Source: an uncultured Candidatus Saccharibacteria bacterium (GTDB lineage: Bacteria; Patescibacteriota; Minisyncoccia; Minisyncoccales; Staskawiczbacteraceae). From it: a stretch of DNA of 58,268 nucleotides. Both the position numbers and the translations under genes were made by a program. Positions 41,862-51,299 of this stretch are shown piece after piece. Each line of letters opens with the position of its first letter. Position 1 is the first letter of the stretch. Under the pieces are notes generated by a model. It was given only the letters and a program-made list of their open reading frames with translations. It made no database searches and was not told the origin of the DNA. Location: contig CAZAAH010000001.1 of the NCBI GenBank assembly GCA_964483475.1, forward strand, positions 1 through 58,268, given 5' to 3'.

Positions 41862-42608
41862 TTAAAGTTGAATTTTTGAAAATTGGTAAACGCCGATTGA
41901 CAGCACTACCAGCGCAACGCCAGCCAGGACCCCAACACTGAGCGCCGGATTAAAGATATTGAGTCCATTAAGGGCGTATCGCAAGCCGTCAACACCATAT
42001 GAAAAAGGGTTAATTTTTGTTATAAAATTTAGCGCTAAGGGCAAATTTTTAAGTGGGAAAATGGCTCCCGAAAGAAAAAATAACGGCTGAACTAAAAAGT
42101 TAAAAATTAAAGGGAAACCTTGCATGTCGTCTAGCCTGGCGGCAATGGCTGCTCCCATAGCTGAAGATAAAATAGCAACTAAAAATAAAAATAAAAAGGC
42201 CAATGGCAGGCTCGTCCAGTGGGCCGGCCGAAAACCGGCAAAAAGGGTGATTAAAAATACTAAAGTACCCTGGATCATGGCGACGGTGGCTCCGCCCAGC
42301 ACTTTACCCAAGAGAATTTGCCACCGTGGAACCGGCGCCACCAATGTTTCTTTCAAAAATCCGAACTGCTTGTCCCAAATAATTTCCAAACCAGTAAAAA
42401 TTGAAGTGAAAAGCACCGACATTACGATAATGCCCGGAGCCAAAAATTGGATGTAGTTTCCTCCGCCGGCTCTCTGATAAATGGGATTTAAGCCAAAACC
42501 AATGGCCAAAAGAAAAATAATCGGCTGCCCAAGCGCTCCCACAATGCTGGCCTTTTTCCTGATGAATCGCTTTAACTGGCGAAGCCATAAAATGTAAATA
42601 GCAGACAT
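41862..42608 (-). CDS. ABC-2 type transporter permease
   Basis: The 248-aa protein has six TM helices and follows the ATPase gene directly. Confidence 0.8.
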   Translation of the reverse strand: MSAIYILWLRQLKRFIRKKASIVGALGQPIIFLLAIGFGLNPIYQRAGGGNYIQFLAPGIIVMSVLFTSIFTGLEIIWDKQFGFLKETLVAPVPRWQILLGKVLGGATVAMIQGTLVFLITLFAGFRPAHWTSLPLAFLFLFLVAILSSAMGAAIAARLDDMQGFPLIFNFLVQPLFFLSGAIFPLKNLPLALNFITKINPFSYGVDGLRYALNGLNIFNPALSVGVLAGVALVVLSIGVYQFSKIQL

Positions 42609-42618
42609 AATTTAAAAT

Positions 42619-43413
42619 TTATCTCATTAACTTATTGCTAATTCTCATTTGGTTCAAACCGACATTTCCCTCTTCGTCCCTGATAGTGCTACCCGTTAAT
42701 TTAATAAAAGCCTCTTCCAGTTTATCGGCTCCGGCTTTTTTCAAAATTTCTTCAATGGTCCCTATCACCAAAATTTTCCCGTGATCAATGACTGCCACCC
42801 GTTGAGCAATCCGCTCAACCTCCTCCATGTGGTGGGTGGTAAAAAAGATGGTAACCCGCTCTTCTTTGTTTAAATTTCCAATGTAGGTCCAAATGTGATT
42901 TCTGGTTTGAGGATCAAGGCCAATGGTCGGCTCATCCAAAAAAAGCACCTTAGGGTGGTGAAGAAGCCCCCTGGCAATTTCCAAGCGCCGCTTCATGCCC
43001 CCTGAAAAATTTTTGACAAACGAATCTTTGCGATCCTGTAACTCCACCAATTTCAGCAAATCCATAATTCTCGGTTGGTACAGCGGCCTTGGCAAACCGT
43101 AGAGGATGGCATGGAACTGCATATTTTCGTAAGCCGTCAGCTCGTTGTCCAGGCTCGGGTCTTGAAAAACAATGCCAAATGATCTCCTGGTCTCGTTAGG
43201 GTTTTCCGTCACATTGTGGCCGCCAAGCAACACTTCTCCGCTGGTCGGCTTTAACAACGTGGTAAGCATTTTAATGGTGGTCGTTTTGCCAGCTCCATTG
43301 GGTCCTAAAAAAGCAAAAATCTCGCCCTTCTGGACGTTAAAGGTGACGTTATCAACTGCCGCGAAATCTCCGTATTTTTTAGTTAAATTTTTTACCTCAA
43401 TGATATTTTCCAT
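42619..43413 (-). CDS. ABC transporter ATP-binding protein
   Basis: It has Walker A GPNGAGKTT, the signature SGGMKRR and Walker B LFLDEP. I prefer the ATG at 43413, which overlaps the upstream stop as TAATG. The track start is 43428. Confidence 0.9.
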   Translation of the reverse strand: MENIIEVKNLTKKYGDFAAVDNVTFNVQKGEIFAFLGPNGAGKTTTIKMLTTLLKPTSGEVLLGGHNVTENPNETRRSFGIVFQDPSLDNELTAYENMQFHAILYGLPRPLYQPRIMDLLKLVELQDRKDSFVKNFSGGMKRRLEIARGLLHHPKVLFLDEPTIGLDPQTRNHIWTYIGNLNKEERVTIFFTTHHMEEVERIAQRVAVIDHGKILVIGTIEEILKKAGADKLEEAFIKLTGSTIRDEEGNVGLNQMRISNKLMR

Positions 43414-43823
43414 TATTTTGCTTTCCATTCTGTTGGCTGCAAGAGGCCAAAACGGTTGCCTTCCGGGTCAGTGGCGCGCGAAAACCATCCCAATCCCTTC
43501 ATTTCCCATTTTTCTTTTCCTTCCCACGGCTCAATCTTTCCACCATGTGCTTTGATGGCTTCAATAACCTTGTCCATATCATCCACCATAATCGTGCAAT
43601 CAAACGTGGTGATGCTGCGCATGGGATTTTGCGAACGTCGGTAGAGGCCGCCATTGATTCCTGGCGTGCCATCTTCGCCGGTTTTTATCATCCAATAATC
43701 CATGCCCACGCCCGGCATGGTTGACTTTTCTATGTTCCAGCCAAGGCAGGTCTCGTAAAATTTTTTGGCCCGATCAGCATCGTCGGCCTGAATTTCAAAA
43801 TGAATGACTCTATTATTTTTCAT
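43413..43823 (-). CDS. VOC/glyoxalase-family protein
   Basis: It contains VIHFEI.ADD..RA..FY....GW and G.FG.L. Confidence 0.75.
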   Translation of the reverse strand: MKNNRVIHFEIQADDADRAKKFYETCLGWNIEKSTMPGVGMDYWMIKTGEDGTPGINGGLYRRSQNPMRSITTFDCTIMVDDMDKVIEAIKAHGGKIEPWEGKEKWEMKGLGWFSRATDPEGNRFGLLQPTEWKAK

Positions 43824-43943
43824 ATGTTTTTAAAAAATTAATAATAATCTCAAATTATAATATATTTTAAATTATTTCACAATTAATAAAAAAAGACCGT
43901 GGAATAAAACCAACGGCTTGCTGAAGCCTACAATCTGAATTTT

Positions 43944-44429
43944 TCAGCTTCTTAGTAATTTTCTCCTTAAAGAATCTTTGAGAATTGATGCGTCCCCTTG
44001 TTTTTCTTTTAAGTCTTTTTCTTTTTTCATTTTTATTAGAAACTTGCGTTTATACCTTACTGTAAACTTCAGCTCTTTAATCCAAGTGTCTTCATCAACA
44101 CAAGAATTTACTGTAATACTCTCTTTACCTGATTCGTAGTTTATATCCAAAATCTCTTTTTTAATTTCTTTTTCTTTCCCTTGTAACTGATATACCGTTA
44201 GACACATCATGCCAAACATAGACATAGCGCCTTTAAGTAAAAAAGAAAATCCATTGAAATCTTCTAAAAGATGCTCTGAATAAGTATGTGAACTGTGTTG
44301 TTTATGTGCCAAGCATTTGCCGTACTTAGGCACAAGCGACTCGGCAAATTCGATAACCTTTTGAAGCCAGGCTTTTCTTTCTAAAACTTTTTTTTCAAGA
44401 TCTTTAGCGCTCAATCCCGAAAGATTCAT
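43944..44429 (-). CDS. Hypothetical 161-aa protein
   Basis: I use the ATG at 44429, preceded by AAGGGGGTTCTGTC. The track start is an upstream TTG. No family recognised. Confidence 0.5.
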   Translation of the reverse strand: MNLSGLSAKDLEKKVLERKAWLQKVIEFAESLVPKYGKCLAHKQHSSHTYSEHLLEDFNGFSFLLKGAMSMFGMMCLTVYQLQGKEKEIKKEILDINYESGKESITVNSCVDEDTWIKELKFTVRYKRKFLIKMKKEKDLKEKQGDASILKDSLRRKLLRS

Positions 44430-44526
44430 GACAGAACCCCCTTTGACAAAGACCAAAAAACTTTTCTATCCTCAATCTACCATTAGGGGCTAAAAAAATC
44501 AAATATAAAAAAACTGATCTTGGTAA

Positions 44527-44865
44527 TTAGCTTTCCGAGTACATTTGCTTTTTAATTTCTTTCAACTTTGCAATTATTGTGGAGTCAATAATTTTTGAAA
44601 ATCGTGGAAAAGTTTTTCCATCTTTTGTAATGTTTCCCATCCACATTTCCAGTGGTCGCAAATCAAAAAGTTTACCAGCTTTATATACCGATGATTCGTA
44701 TAATGGTCGGTAAACTACCATATTAGCATCTTCGGGGCAGCAATTATCTTCTGTGTGACAACCAACACCAACCACCTCGTAGGCATAATTATTTATTGGT
44801 CCGAGGGAGTCGTGCTTGTAATGATAATAAAAACCATTTTCTGGAATTTTCTTTGGAATTTTCAT
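44527..44865 (-). CDS. DUF1653-like protein
   Basis: It contains G.YYHYKH......Y.Y.V.G...HTE.....VVYRPLY and RP...W. Confidence 0.55.
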   Translation of the reverse strand: MKIPKKIPENGFYYHYKHDSLGPINNYAYEVVGVGCHTEDNCCPEDANMVVYRPLYESSVYKAGKLFDLRPLEMWMGNITKDGKTFPRFSKIIDSTIIAKLKEIKKQMYSES

Positions 44866-44893
44866 AGAATTTCCCTAAATGAAAAAAGGTCAA

Positions 44894-46099
44894 TTAATCA
44901 TTTAATATCCCCTCTAAAACACTCACAACCCTCTCGGCATTTTTTCCGTCAATAGGATAATTTTCCTCCATTTTTTTTATTAACTCTTTCCTTTCTTCAC
45001 TATTTTTATCAAGCAATATTTCTACACAATTTGGAAGATTTTCTAATGAATCTAAATTAAAAATTGCTCCAATTTTTGCCGGAGGAGGCGGTATGGCACC
45101 TTCTTTTTGTTCAATATATTTTGGATCGGTAATGCTAACTACCGGAATCCCTCTATAAATAGCAGGGAACATCGTTGTTGAGCTAACCATACACACCAAA
45201 TCAGATGCGGCACCAACTTCATCGGTAGTCACCTTACCCATGGTTAATAGATAATCTATCCCCTTTTCTGTAAATAATTTCTCGTAATTTTCTAATGGAG
45301 TATTGTCTCTTGGATGCGTTCTAAAGGTAAATCTAAGTCCTTTGTTTTTTATTTTAGAGAGTTCTTCAGCAAACTTTTCAACTAATTCCATTGGATCTAT
45401 TGATGACATAAAGGTTACTAGCTTTTCTTTACTTTTAAGCCCAAGCTCTCTTCTTACTTTTTTTGATATTTTTTCAGTATTTTCTTTTGCGTAAACATCG
45501 AAAGCAGGCTGACCGGTTATTTCTATTGAACTAGATAATTCTGGAAAATCTCTAACGATTATGTTTTTTGCTTCTTTATCTATTACACAAATTTTTTTAG
45601 GATATGGTAAGCTAGCTTCTTTCAATCTTTTAAGATAAGGCAAGGAAGAACCATAGTAATCTTCAACCAGTACGTTTGGAACTTCGGGAAAAGTAGCTGA
45701 AAAAAACATTTCTATCCCGCGCCCTTCTGAAGAATCAACCAACCCAAGATCGGGAGAGCCAAGTGTTTCTGCTGACTCTAAAATGTTTCCTTTGGGCGTA
45801 ATATCTTTTGTTTTAAATTTTTTTTGAAACGTTTCTTGGGCCCTGCCGTCAATCACAGCTTTTATTCTTATATTTTCTTTTTTTTGCAACAACTCTATGA
45901 CCGGAATTAAGGCGTTAGCACTCCCAGGGTCGCGGGAAATTACTACGATGTTTTTCTTTTGTTTTGAGGCTTCTTTTGTGGTTTTACTTTTTTCAATCTC
46001 AAAAACTTTTGTTTCAAACAAATCTTCCCGGCCTTCAATATAAGCCAAGCGTCTTTTTTCTTCCAACGACATATCCTTAAAAGATTCTCCTTCTTTCAT
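44894..46099 (-). CDS. Rossmann/GT-B-like (2-epimerase-like tail) protein of unknown function
   Basis: I use the internal ATG at 46099 because the track start lies inside tRNA-Gly. The C-terminus YPIDGKNAERVVSVL resembles the WecB-type ending. Confidence 0.4.
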   Translation of the reverse strand: MKEGESFKDMSLEEKRRLAYIEGREDLFETKVFEIEKSKTTKEASKQKKNIVVISRDPGSANALIPVIELLQKKENIRIKAVIDGRAQETFQKKFKTKDITPKGNILESAETLGSPDLGLVDSSEGRGIEMFFSATFPEVPNVLVEDYYGSSLPYLKRLKEASLPYPKKICVIDKEAKNIIVRDFPELSSSIEITGQPAFDVYAKENTEKISKKVRRELGLKSKEKLVTFMSSIDPMELVEKFAEELSKIKNKGLRFTFRTHPRDNTPLENYEKLFTEKGIDYLLTMGKVTTDEVGAASDLVCMVSSTTMFPAIYRGIPVVSITDPKYIEQKEGAIPPPPAKIGAIFNLDSLENLPNCVEILLDKNSEERKELIKKMEENYPIDGKNAERVVSVLEGILND

Positions 46100-46114
46100 A
46101 GAAATTTTTAAGTG

Positions 46115-46185
46115 AGCGGGTAGGGGGAGTCGAACCCCCCTCATTAGCTTGGAAAGCTAAGGTAATACCGATATACGATACCCGC
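46115..46185 (-). tRNA. tRNA-Gly(TCC)
   Basis: The minus strand reads GCGGGTA...TTAGC-TTTCCAA-GCTAA...GGGGG-TTCGACT-CCCCC-TACCCGC-T. Confidence 0.9.
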
Positions 46186-46191
46186 AGGACG

Positions 46192-46247
46192 AATTTTTAA
46201 TTTTAAATTATTTTTGGATTTGTTTTGGATTTAGGATTTCGGCTTTG
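46192..46247. repeat. Period-8 quasi-repeat between tRNA-Pro and tRNA-Gly
   Basis: The reading is aatttttaattttaaattatttttggatttgttttggatttaggatttcggctttg. Confidence 0.55.
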
Positions 46248-46318
46248 TCGGGGTGCTGAGAATCGAACTCAGGCTGTACGCTCCCAAAGCGCACGTACTA
46301 CCATTATACGACACCCCG
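46248..46318 (-). tRNA. tRNA-Pro(TGG)
   Basis: The minus strand reads CGGGGTG...TGCGC-TTTGGGA-GCGTA...CTGAG-TTCGATT-CTCAG-CACCCCG-A. Confidence 0.9.
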
Positions 46319-46348
46319 TAGTACGAATCATATCTAAAAAATCCTGAC

Positions 46349-46377
46349 TTGTCAAAGTAAAAAGTTCGTGATAAAAT
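46349..46377 (+). promoter_or_regulatory. Sigma70-like promoter (extended -10) for tRNA-Arg/tRNA-His
   Basis: TTGTCA (46349-46354) is separated by 17 nt ending in TGA from TAAAAT (46372-46377). Confidence 0.55.
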
Positions 46378-46428
46378 CAGCATTAAGCTTGCCCTTCGAA
46401 GCCCTGATGTTAATCAGAGCGTAGTAGG

Positions 46429-46500
46429 GCCCTCGTAGTTCAACGGATAGAACGAGACACTTCTAATGTTTAAATCGAGGTTCGATTCCTCGCGAGGGCA
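46429..46500 (+). tRNA. tRNA-Arg(TCT)
   Basis: It reads GCCCTCG...AGACA-CTTCTAA-TGTTT...CGAGG-TTCGATT-CCTCG-CGAGGGC-A. Confidence 0.9.
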
Positions 46501-46503
46501 CAT

Positions 46504-46575
46504 GGTGGGCGTGGTGTAACGGCAGCACAAAAGTTTGTGGAACTTTTAGAGGGAGTTCGAGTCTCCTCGCTCACC
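46504..46575 (+). tRNA. tRNA-His(GTG) with encoded G-1
   Basis: It reads G-GTGGGCG...AAAGT-TTGTGGA-ACTTT...GGGAG-TTCGAGT-CTCCT-CGCTCAC-C. G-1 is opposite C73. Confidence 0.9.
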
Positions 46576-46580
46576 CAACA

Positions 46581-46612
46581 AAAAAACACTCCGACAGTCG
46601 GAGTGTTTTTTT
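46581..46612 (+). terminator. Terminator after tRNA-His
   Basis: A6, then CACTCCG-ACAGT-CGGAGTG, then T7. Confidence 0.8.
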
Positions 46613-46649
46613 AATGAAAGTTTCACCTATAATATTTCATCATTAAGCA

Positions 46650-46940
46650 ATGATGAATAATATAATTTTAGCATTCAATCCTGGCCCCGTACCAAACTCC
46701 GTTGCCAGCTTATCAATCAACGATTTAATTGATGCTTTATTCGGAGTTATCTGGCCAATCACGGTTGCTTTCTTTGTGATAATGTTTATTTTGGCTGCGT
46801 TTATGTTTGCTTCTTCGGGTGGAAATCCAGAAAGAATATCAGCCGCTAGAAATGCTTTTATCTTTGGAGTAGTCGGGTTGGTCATTGCCCTTTTGGCGTT
46901 TTCAATCCCATTTCTTATAAGGAATCAATTAGGTGTCTGA
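46650..46940 (+). CDS. TrbC/VirB2-like paralog 6 lacking the signal-peptide h-region (possibly defective)
   Basis: MMNNIILAFNPGP... aligns with paralog 3 (MNKKLIVLNSLALLIALPVSVLAFNPGP...), with about 15 hydrophobic residues missing. The rest is collinear, down to ...IRNQLGV. Confidence 0.45.
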   Translation: MMNNIILAFNPGPVPNSVASLSINDLIDALFGVIWPITVAFFVIMFILAAFMFASSGGNPERISAARNAFIFGVVGLVIALLAFSIPFLIRNQLGV

Positions 46941-46941
46941 T

Positions 46942-48474
46942 TTACTTTGCGTACTCGACAACTCGGTTTTCCCTAATCACCGTCACCTTAATTTCTCCAG
47001 GATATTTTAACTCCTCTTCAATGTCTTTTGCAATTTCCTTTGCCATTTTTTGGGTGGCTAGGTCATCAATTTTATCAGCCTTAACAAACACCCTTATTTC
47101 CCTGCCGGCCTGAATAGCATAACTTTTTTCAACTCCTTCAAACTTATTGGCAATGTCTTCCAAGGCCTTCAAGCGCTGCAGGTAATTTTCAAGGGTGTCT
47201 TTTCTGGCACCGGGCCTTGAACCAGAAATAGCATCGGCTACCGTAACAATAACAGCTTCTATACTTTCAGAAGGATAATCATTATGATGCGACCTCATCG
47301 CCTTTATCACTTCCTGCGACTCGCCAAACTTTTCCAAAATTTTAATTCCAATTTCAATGTGAGAGCCTTGAATTTGCTGGTCAAGAGCTTTGCCAATGTC
47401 GTGAAAAAGGGCGGCCCTTTTTGCCACTTGAGTGTTGGCTTTCAGTTCATCTGATATGGTCTCTGCGATTTGGGCCATTTCCATGGAATGCAACAAAACA
47501 TTTTGGCCATAACTGGTCCTGAAATGCAACCTGCCTAATATCTGAACCAACTTTTCGTTGACACCAACAATTCCTAAGTCATAAATGGCTTTTTCTCCCG
47601 CTTCTTTGATCACCTTGGAAATTTCTTCAGTTGCCTCGGCCACTTTCTCTTCAATTTTGGCTGGCTGGATCCTGCCATCCTGGATTAATTTTTCCAAAGC
47701 AATTTTGGCAATTTGACGACGAACCGGATTAAAGCAAGATATGACAACTGAATCCGGGCTTTCATCAAGGATAAGCTCGACTCCCGTCAACCTTTCAAAC
47801 GTTTTTATATTCCTGCCTTCTTTGCCGATAATTCTTCCCTTGATGTCTTCGCTTTTTAGGGAAATGGTGGTGGTGCTGATTTCTTGGGTGTGAGGAACGG
47901 CGCATCTTTGAATTGCCAACGTTATAATTTCCCTGGCCTTTGATTCAAAAGCATCCGCGCCTTTTTCCTGCAAATTTTTAATTCTTTCTACAATATCCTT
48001 TTGATAATCCGTTTCCACCAAGCTCAAAAGCTCTTTTTTAGCATCTTCTCTGGTTAATCCAGCAATCTTTTCCAGTTTCGTTTCTGCCTCAATCCTTGTT
48101 TTTTCTAATTTTTCTTTTTCGGTTTTTAAATTTTCAACTTTGCCCTGGAATTCCAATTCTTTTTTATCAAGAGAATCTATTTTAACATCAAGCAGTTTTT
48201 CTCTTTCCAAAAGGACTTGTTCTGCCTTCAAAAATTCTCTTCTTCTTTGGTCAACGTCCCTTTGGGCCTTTTCAATGATTTGAGCCGCTTCGGTTTCTGA
48301 TTTTTTAACTAATTCAGAAGTTTCTTTTTTAACTTGTTGAACCCTTTTTTGTAATTTTTCTTCTAGTGATCCAGCTCTCCTTTTTGCCAATGATTGGCGA
48401 GTATAGTATCCCAAAACGCAACCCGCAGACAGTGTTAAAAATCCTCCTAAAACCAATAAAATTAAGTTATCCAT
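46942..48474 (-). CDS. rny: Ribonuclease Y
   Basis: It has an N-terminal TM helix, a coiled coil, a KH domain (IGKEGRNI) and an HD domain (LFHDIGK). Confidence 0.95.
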   Translation of the reverse strand: MDNLILLVLGGFLTLSAGCVLGYYTRQSLAKRRAGSLEEKLQKRVQQVKKETSELVKKSETEAAQIIEKAQRDVDQRRREFLKAEQVLLEREKLLDVKIDSLDKKELEFQGKVENLKTEKEKLEKTRIEAETKLEKIAGLTREDAKKELLSLVETDYQKDIVERIKNLQEKGADAFESKAREIITLAIQRCAVPHTQEISTTTISLKSEDIKGRIIGKEGRNIKTFERLTGVELILDESPDSVVISCFNPVRRQIAKIALEKLIQDGRIQPAKIEEKVAEATEEISKVIKEAGEKAIYDLGIVGVNEKLVQILGRLHFRTSYGQNVLLHSMEMAQIAETISDELKANTQVAKRAALFHDIGKALDQQIQGSHIEIGIKILEKFGESQEVIKAMRSHHNDYPSESIEAVIVTVADAISGSRPGARKDTLENYLQRLKALEDIANKFEGVEKSYAIQAGREIRVFVKADKIDDLATQKMAKEIAKDIEEELKYPGEIKVTVIRENRVVEYAK

Positions 48475-48541
48475 AATCTTTTTTAGTTAATTTTAATATT
48501 CTCAAAACAAAAAAACTCATCCAACGTGGTGAGCTGTTTAG

Positions 48542-48574
48542 CCGCCTAAATTTTGTCTCACAAAATTTAGGCGG
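48542..48574 (-). other. Perfect 15-bp hairpin between clpP and rny (no U-tract)
   Basis: The hairpin is CCGCCTAAATTTTGT-CTC-ACAAAATTTAGGCGG. Confidence 0.6.
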
Positions 48575-48607
48575 ACGAATATACGACAAAAAATTTAATC
48601 GGTTTGG

Positions 48608-49180
48608 CTATATAACCTCGTCAATAAGGCCGTAATCTTTGGCTTCTTTGGCAGTCATATAAAAATCCCGATCGGTGTCTCTCTCTACTCTGTCGATAGG
48701 CTGGCCGGTATGCTTTGACAAAATCTGGTTTATAGAGGTCTTAATCTTGATAATCTGCTTTGCGGTAATTTCTATTTCGCTTGCCTGCCCTTGAGCTCCT
48801 CCCATGACCTGATGCAATAAAATTTCGGCGTTGGGCAGGGCAAATCTTTTCCCTTTGGTACCCGAGGCCAAAATAATTGCCGCCATGGAAGCCGTAAGCC
48901 CAATGCAGATGGTAGAAACCGGACATTTCAAAAACTGCATGGTGTCATAAATCGCCAATCCCGCCGTAACCGAACCTCCCGGGCTGTTGATGTAAAGCTT
49001 GATGTCTTTTTTGGGATCCTTTGATGCTAAATACAGCATCTGGGCAATGACCACATTGGCGTTTAAATCGGTAATGGGGCCAGCCAAAAAAACAATGCGC
49101 TCTTCTAAAAGCCTTGAAAATATGTCGTATACGCGCTCGCCGCGTTGAGAACGTTCTACAATAGTTGGTACTATTGGCAC
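48608..49180 (-). CDS. clpP: ATP-dependent Clp protease proteolytic subunit
   Basis: It contains ER.YDI.SRLL..RI.FL, the INSPGGSV region and the catalytic MAA..L and LLHQ context. The start codon is GTG. Confidence 0.95.
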   Translation of the reverse strand: MPIVPTIVERSQRGERVYDIFSRLLEERIVFLAGPITDLNANVVIAQMLYLASKDPKKDIKLYINSPGGSVTAGLAIYDTMQFLKCPVSTICIGLTASMAAIILASGTKGKRFALPNAEILLHQVMGGAQGQASEIEITAKQIIKIKTSINQILSKHTGQPIDRVERDTDRDFYMTAKEAKDYGLIDEVI

Positions 49181-49211
49181 AACAATTTTAAATTTTTAAT
49201 AATATTGTATT

Positions 49212-50480
49212 TTATTTTTGAGATAAATTTTCCAAAAGCTGGAAAATTTTCTCATTATATATCGTACCCTTAGTATATTCTTTTAATTGATTAATGTCAA
49301 TTTTATCTAATTGATCCTTTGGATAGCTTCTTATTACTTTGTTAATTTCCTCTTCTAGCTCCTTATTGGAAACTTCAATTTTTTCCGATTTGCCAATCTG
49401 CCTTAAAACCAAAAAATTCTTCAATCTTTTTTGGGCCTCAAGGCCAAAAGATTTTTTAATTTCTTCTTCCGTTTTTTTAATGGATGACAAATATTCCTCA
49501 AAAGTAACCTTGAAACTTTGGCTGATTTGGTTTTTTAAGTCTTCAAGCAATCGTTCTTTTTCGTGCTCAACCATTTTTTCTGGCACTTCAAAACTAACTT
49601 TTGCAGCAATTTTTTCTAAAATTTCATTTCTTTTTCTTTGTTTTTCCTCCTCTTGTTTTTCAACAGTTATCCCATCTCTTATATTTTCTTTTAAAGCAAT
49701 TAAGTTTTCAAAAGCGCCTAGGCTTTTGGCAAACTCGTCGTTAAGTTCTGGAAGTTCCATTTTTTGGACCAACATCATTTTTACTTTAAATTTTCCCTCT
49801 TTTCCACCCAGTCCATTGGGGGCATTTTGTGGAAACTTGGCCAAAAATTCTTTTTCCTCTCCAGCCTTCATCCCCAAAATATTATTTTCAAAATCTTTTA
49901 AAAACCCTCCCTTTCCTAAAATAAATCTGTCTTTTATGGCTTTCCCGCCGTTAATATTTTCATTTTGATACTCAATTTCAATAAAGTCTTGGTATTTTGC
50001 CCCTCGATCCAGTGGTAAAAATTTTGCCCTTGAATTTTGCAAATAATTTAAAGCTTCTTCAATTTCTTTTTCGTCAACCGAAACTTTATTTCCCTTCACT
50101 TCTCCTGCAATTTTTTTGTAATCTGGCAATTCAATTTCTGGCAAAATAGCGACTTTCACCGTAAACAAAAACTCGCTGCCCCGAGCGATTTTTTTAATCT
50201 GCACTTCGGGGTTTCCAATGGGCTCTACATCATTTTCGTTGACATATTTTGTGTAAATCTCTTTGACCGCCAAGTCTCCGGCTTCCATCAGTAAATTTTC
50301 TTGACCGATTTTTTTCTCGGCTAATTCTTTGGGCACGCTTCCCGGCCGAAACCCATCCATCTTCACATGGCTTTTCAAATGCTCCAACGCCTTATTAATA
50401 AAAATTTGAAACTCCTCATTGGTAAGCTCAAATTCTATTTCTAATTGCGATTTTCCTAAATCTTTTTTTATAGCTTTCAT
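49212..50480 (-). CDS. tig: Trigger factor
   Basis: It has an N-terminal ribosome-binding region (GFRPG.VP), an FKBP-like middle and a helical C-terminus. The protein is 422 aa. Confidence 0.9.
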   Translation of the reverse strand: MKAIKKDLGKSQLEIEFELTNEEFQIFINKALEHLKSHVKMDGFRPGSVPKELAEKKIGQENLLMEAGDLAVKEIYTKYVNENDVEPIGNPEVQIKKIARGSEFLFTVKVAILPEIELPDYKKIAGEVKGNKVSVDEKEIEEALNYLQNSRAKFLPLDRGAKYQDFIEIEYQNENINGGKAIKDRFILGKGGFLKDFENNILGMKAGEEKEFLAKFPQNAPNGLGGKEGKFKVKMMLVQKMELPELNDEFAKSLGAFENLIALKENIRDGITVEKQEEEKQRKRNEILEKIAAKVSFEVPEKMVEHEKERLLEDLKNQISQSFKVTFEEYLSSIKKTEEEIKKSFGLEAQKRLKNFLVLRQIGKSEKIEVSNKELEEEINKVIRSYPKDQLDKIDINQLKEYTKGTIYNEKIFQLLENLSQK

Positions 50481-50523
50481 AATTTATTTTGGTAATTTTC
50501 CTGCCCTGAGCGCAGTCGAAGGG

Positions 50524-51027
50524 TTAATTTCCGTTTTCATTTTTTTCTTTGATTAATATAACCCTCGGTTCACCGTCGCCAAAATAGTTTTCTTTTCTTT
50601 CTTTTATCATAAAGCCAAGGGATAGGTACAAGTCTATTGCAGCCTTATTCTTGGGATGAGTGACAAGCTCAATAGTTTTTACATCTCTTAACTCTTCAAG
50701 AATGTGTTTCATTGCTTCATGGCCTATACCCATGCCCTGAAATTTAGGATCTATCACAAGGCCACTAATATATGCGTTATCGTCGTTTCTTTTTTCGTAA
50801 GAAGCATCCCCAACAGGTATGTTATCTTTCAGAATAAGATACACCATTGCATTGTTCTTGCCTATTTCTGCTTCCCACTCTTTTTGGTCGGTCATGGCAG
50901 AATATGTTTTTAAGTTGGCTACTTTCTGTTCAATCGAAATGAGTGTTGGAATATCTTCCAATGTAGCTCTTTGAAACTGTATTCCTGGCGTTTCTTCTCT
51001 TTCGGCTTGTGATAATTCTCCTTCCAT
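50524..51027 (-). CDS. GNAT-family N-acetyltransferase
   Basis: It contains the motif-A-like sequence V.P.FQG.GIG.EAM. Confidence 0.8.
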   Translation of the reverse strand: MEGELSQAEREETPGIQFQRATLEDIPTLISIEQKVANLKTYSAMTDQKEWEAEIGKNNAMVYLILKDNIPVGDASYEKRNDDNAYISGLVIDPKFQGMGIGHEAMKHILEELRDVKTIELVTHPKNKAAIDLYLSLGFMIKERKENYFGDGEPRVILIKEKNENGN

Positions 51028-51061
51028 AAGTTTATTTTTCTGGTTTTTAAATTCTATTTTC

Positions 51062-51295
51062 TTAAATAAAACGTGTAGTTATAGACATTGTACTACCTGA
51101 CACAATTGAGTAAATTCCAAATTTTGATTCTAAATGATCATTCAAACAATCTGTTTTTTGCTTATCAATACAAAAAATTATTCGTTCATTTTTAGGGAGT
51201 AATAAACTATTTTTTTTAAAATCTATATATTGAGAACCTAAAATCGCGGATACACCAATGAAACCTAAAATTTTTTTATTTAAATTTTTATCCAT
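51062..51295 (-). CDS. Hypothetical small protein (77 aa), N-terminal hydrophobic segment
   Basis: This is an ORF only. It lies in the same-strand run downstream of hppA. Confidence 0.4.
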   Translation of the reverse strand: MDKNLNKKILGFIGVSAILGSQYIDFKKNSLLLPKNERIIFCIDKQKTDCLNDHLESKFGIYSIVSGSTMSITTRFI

Positions 51296-51299
51296 AAAT

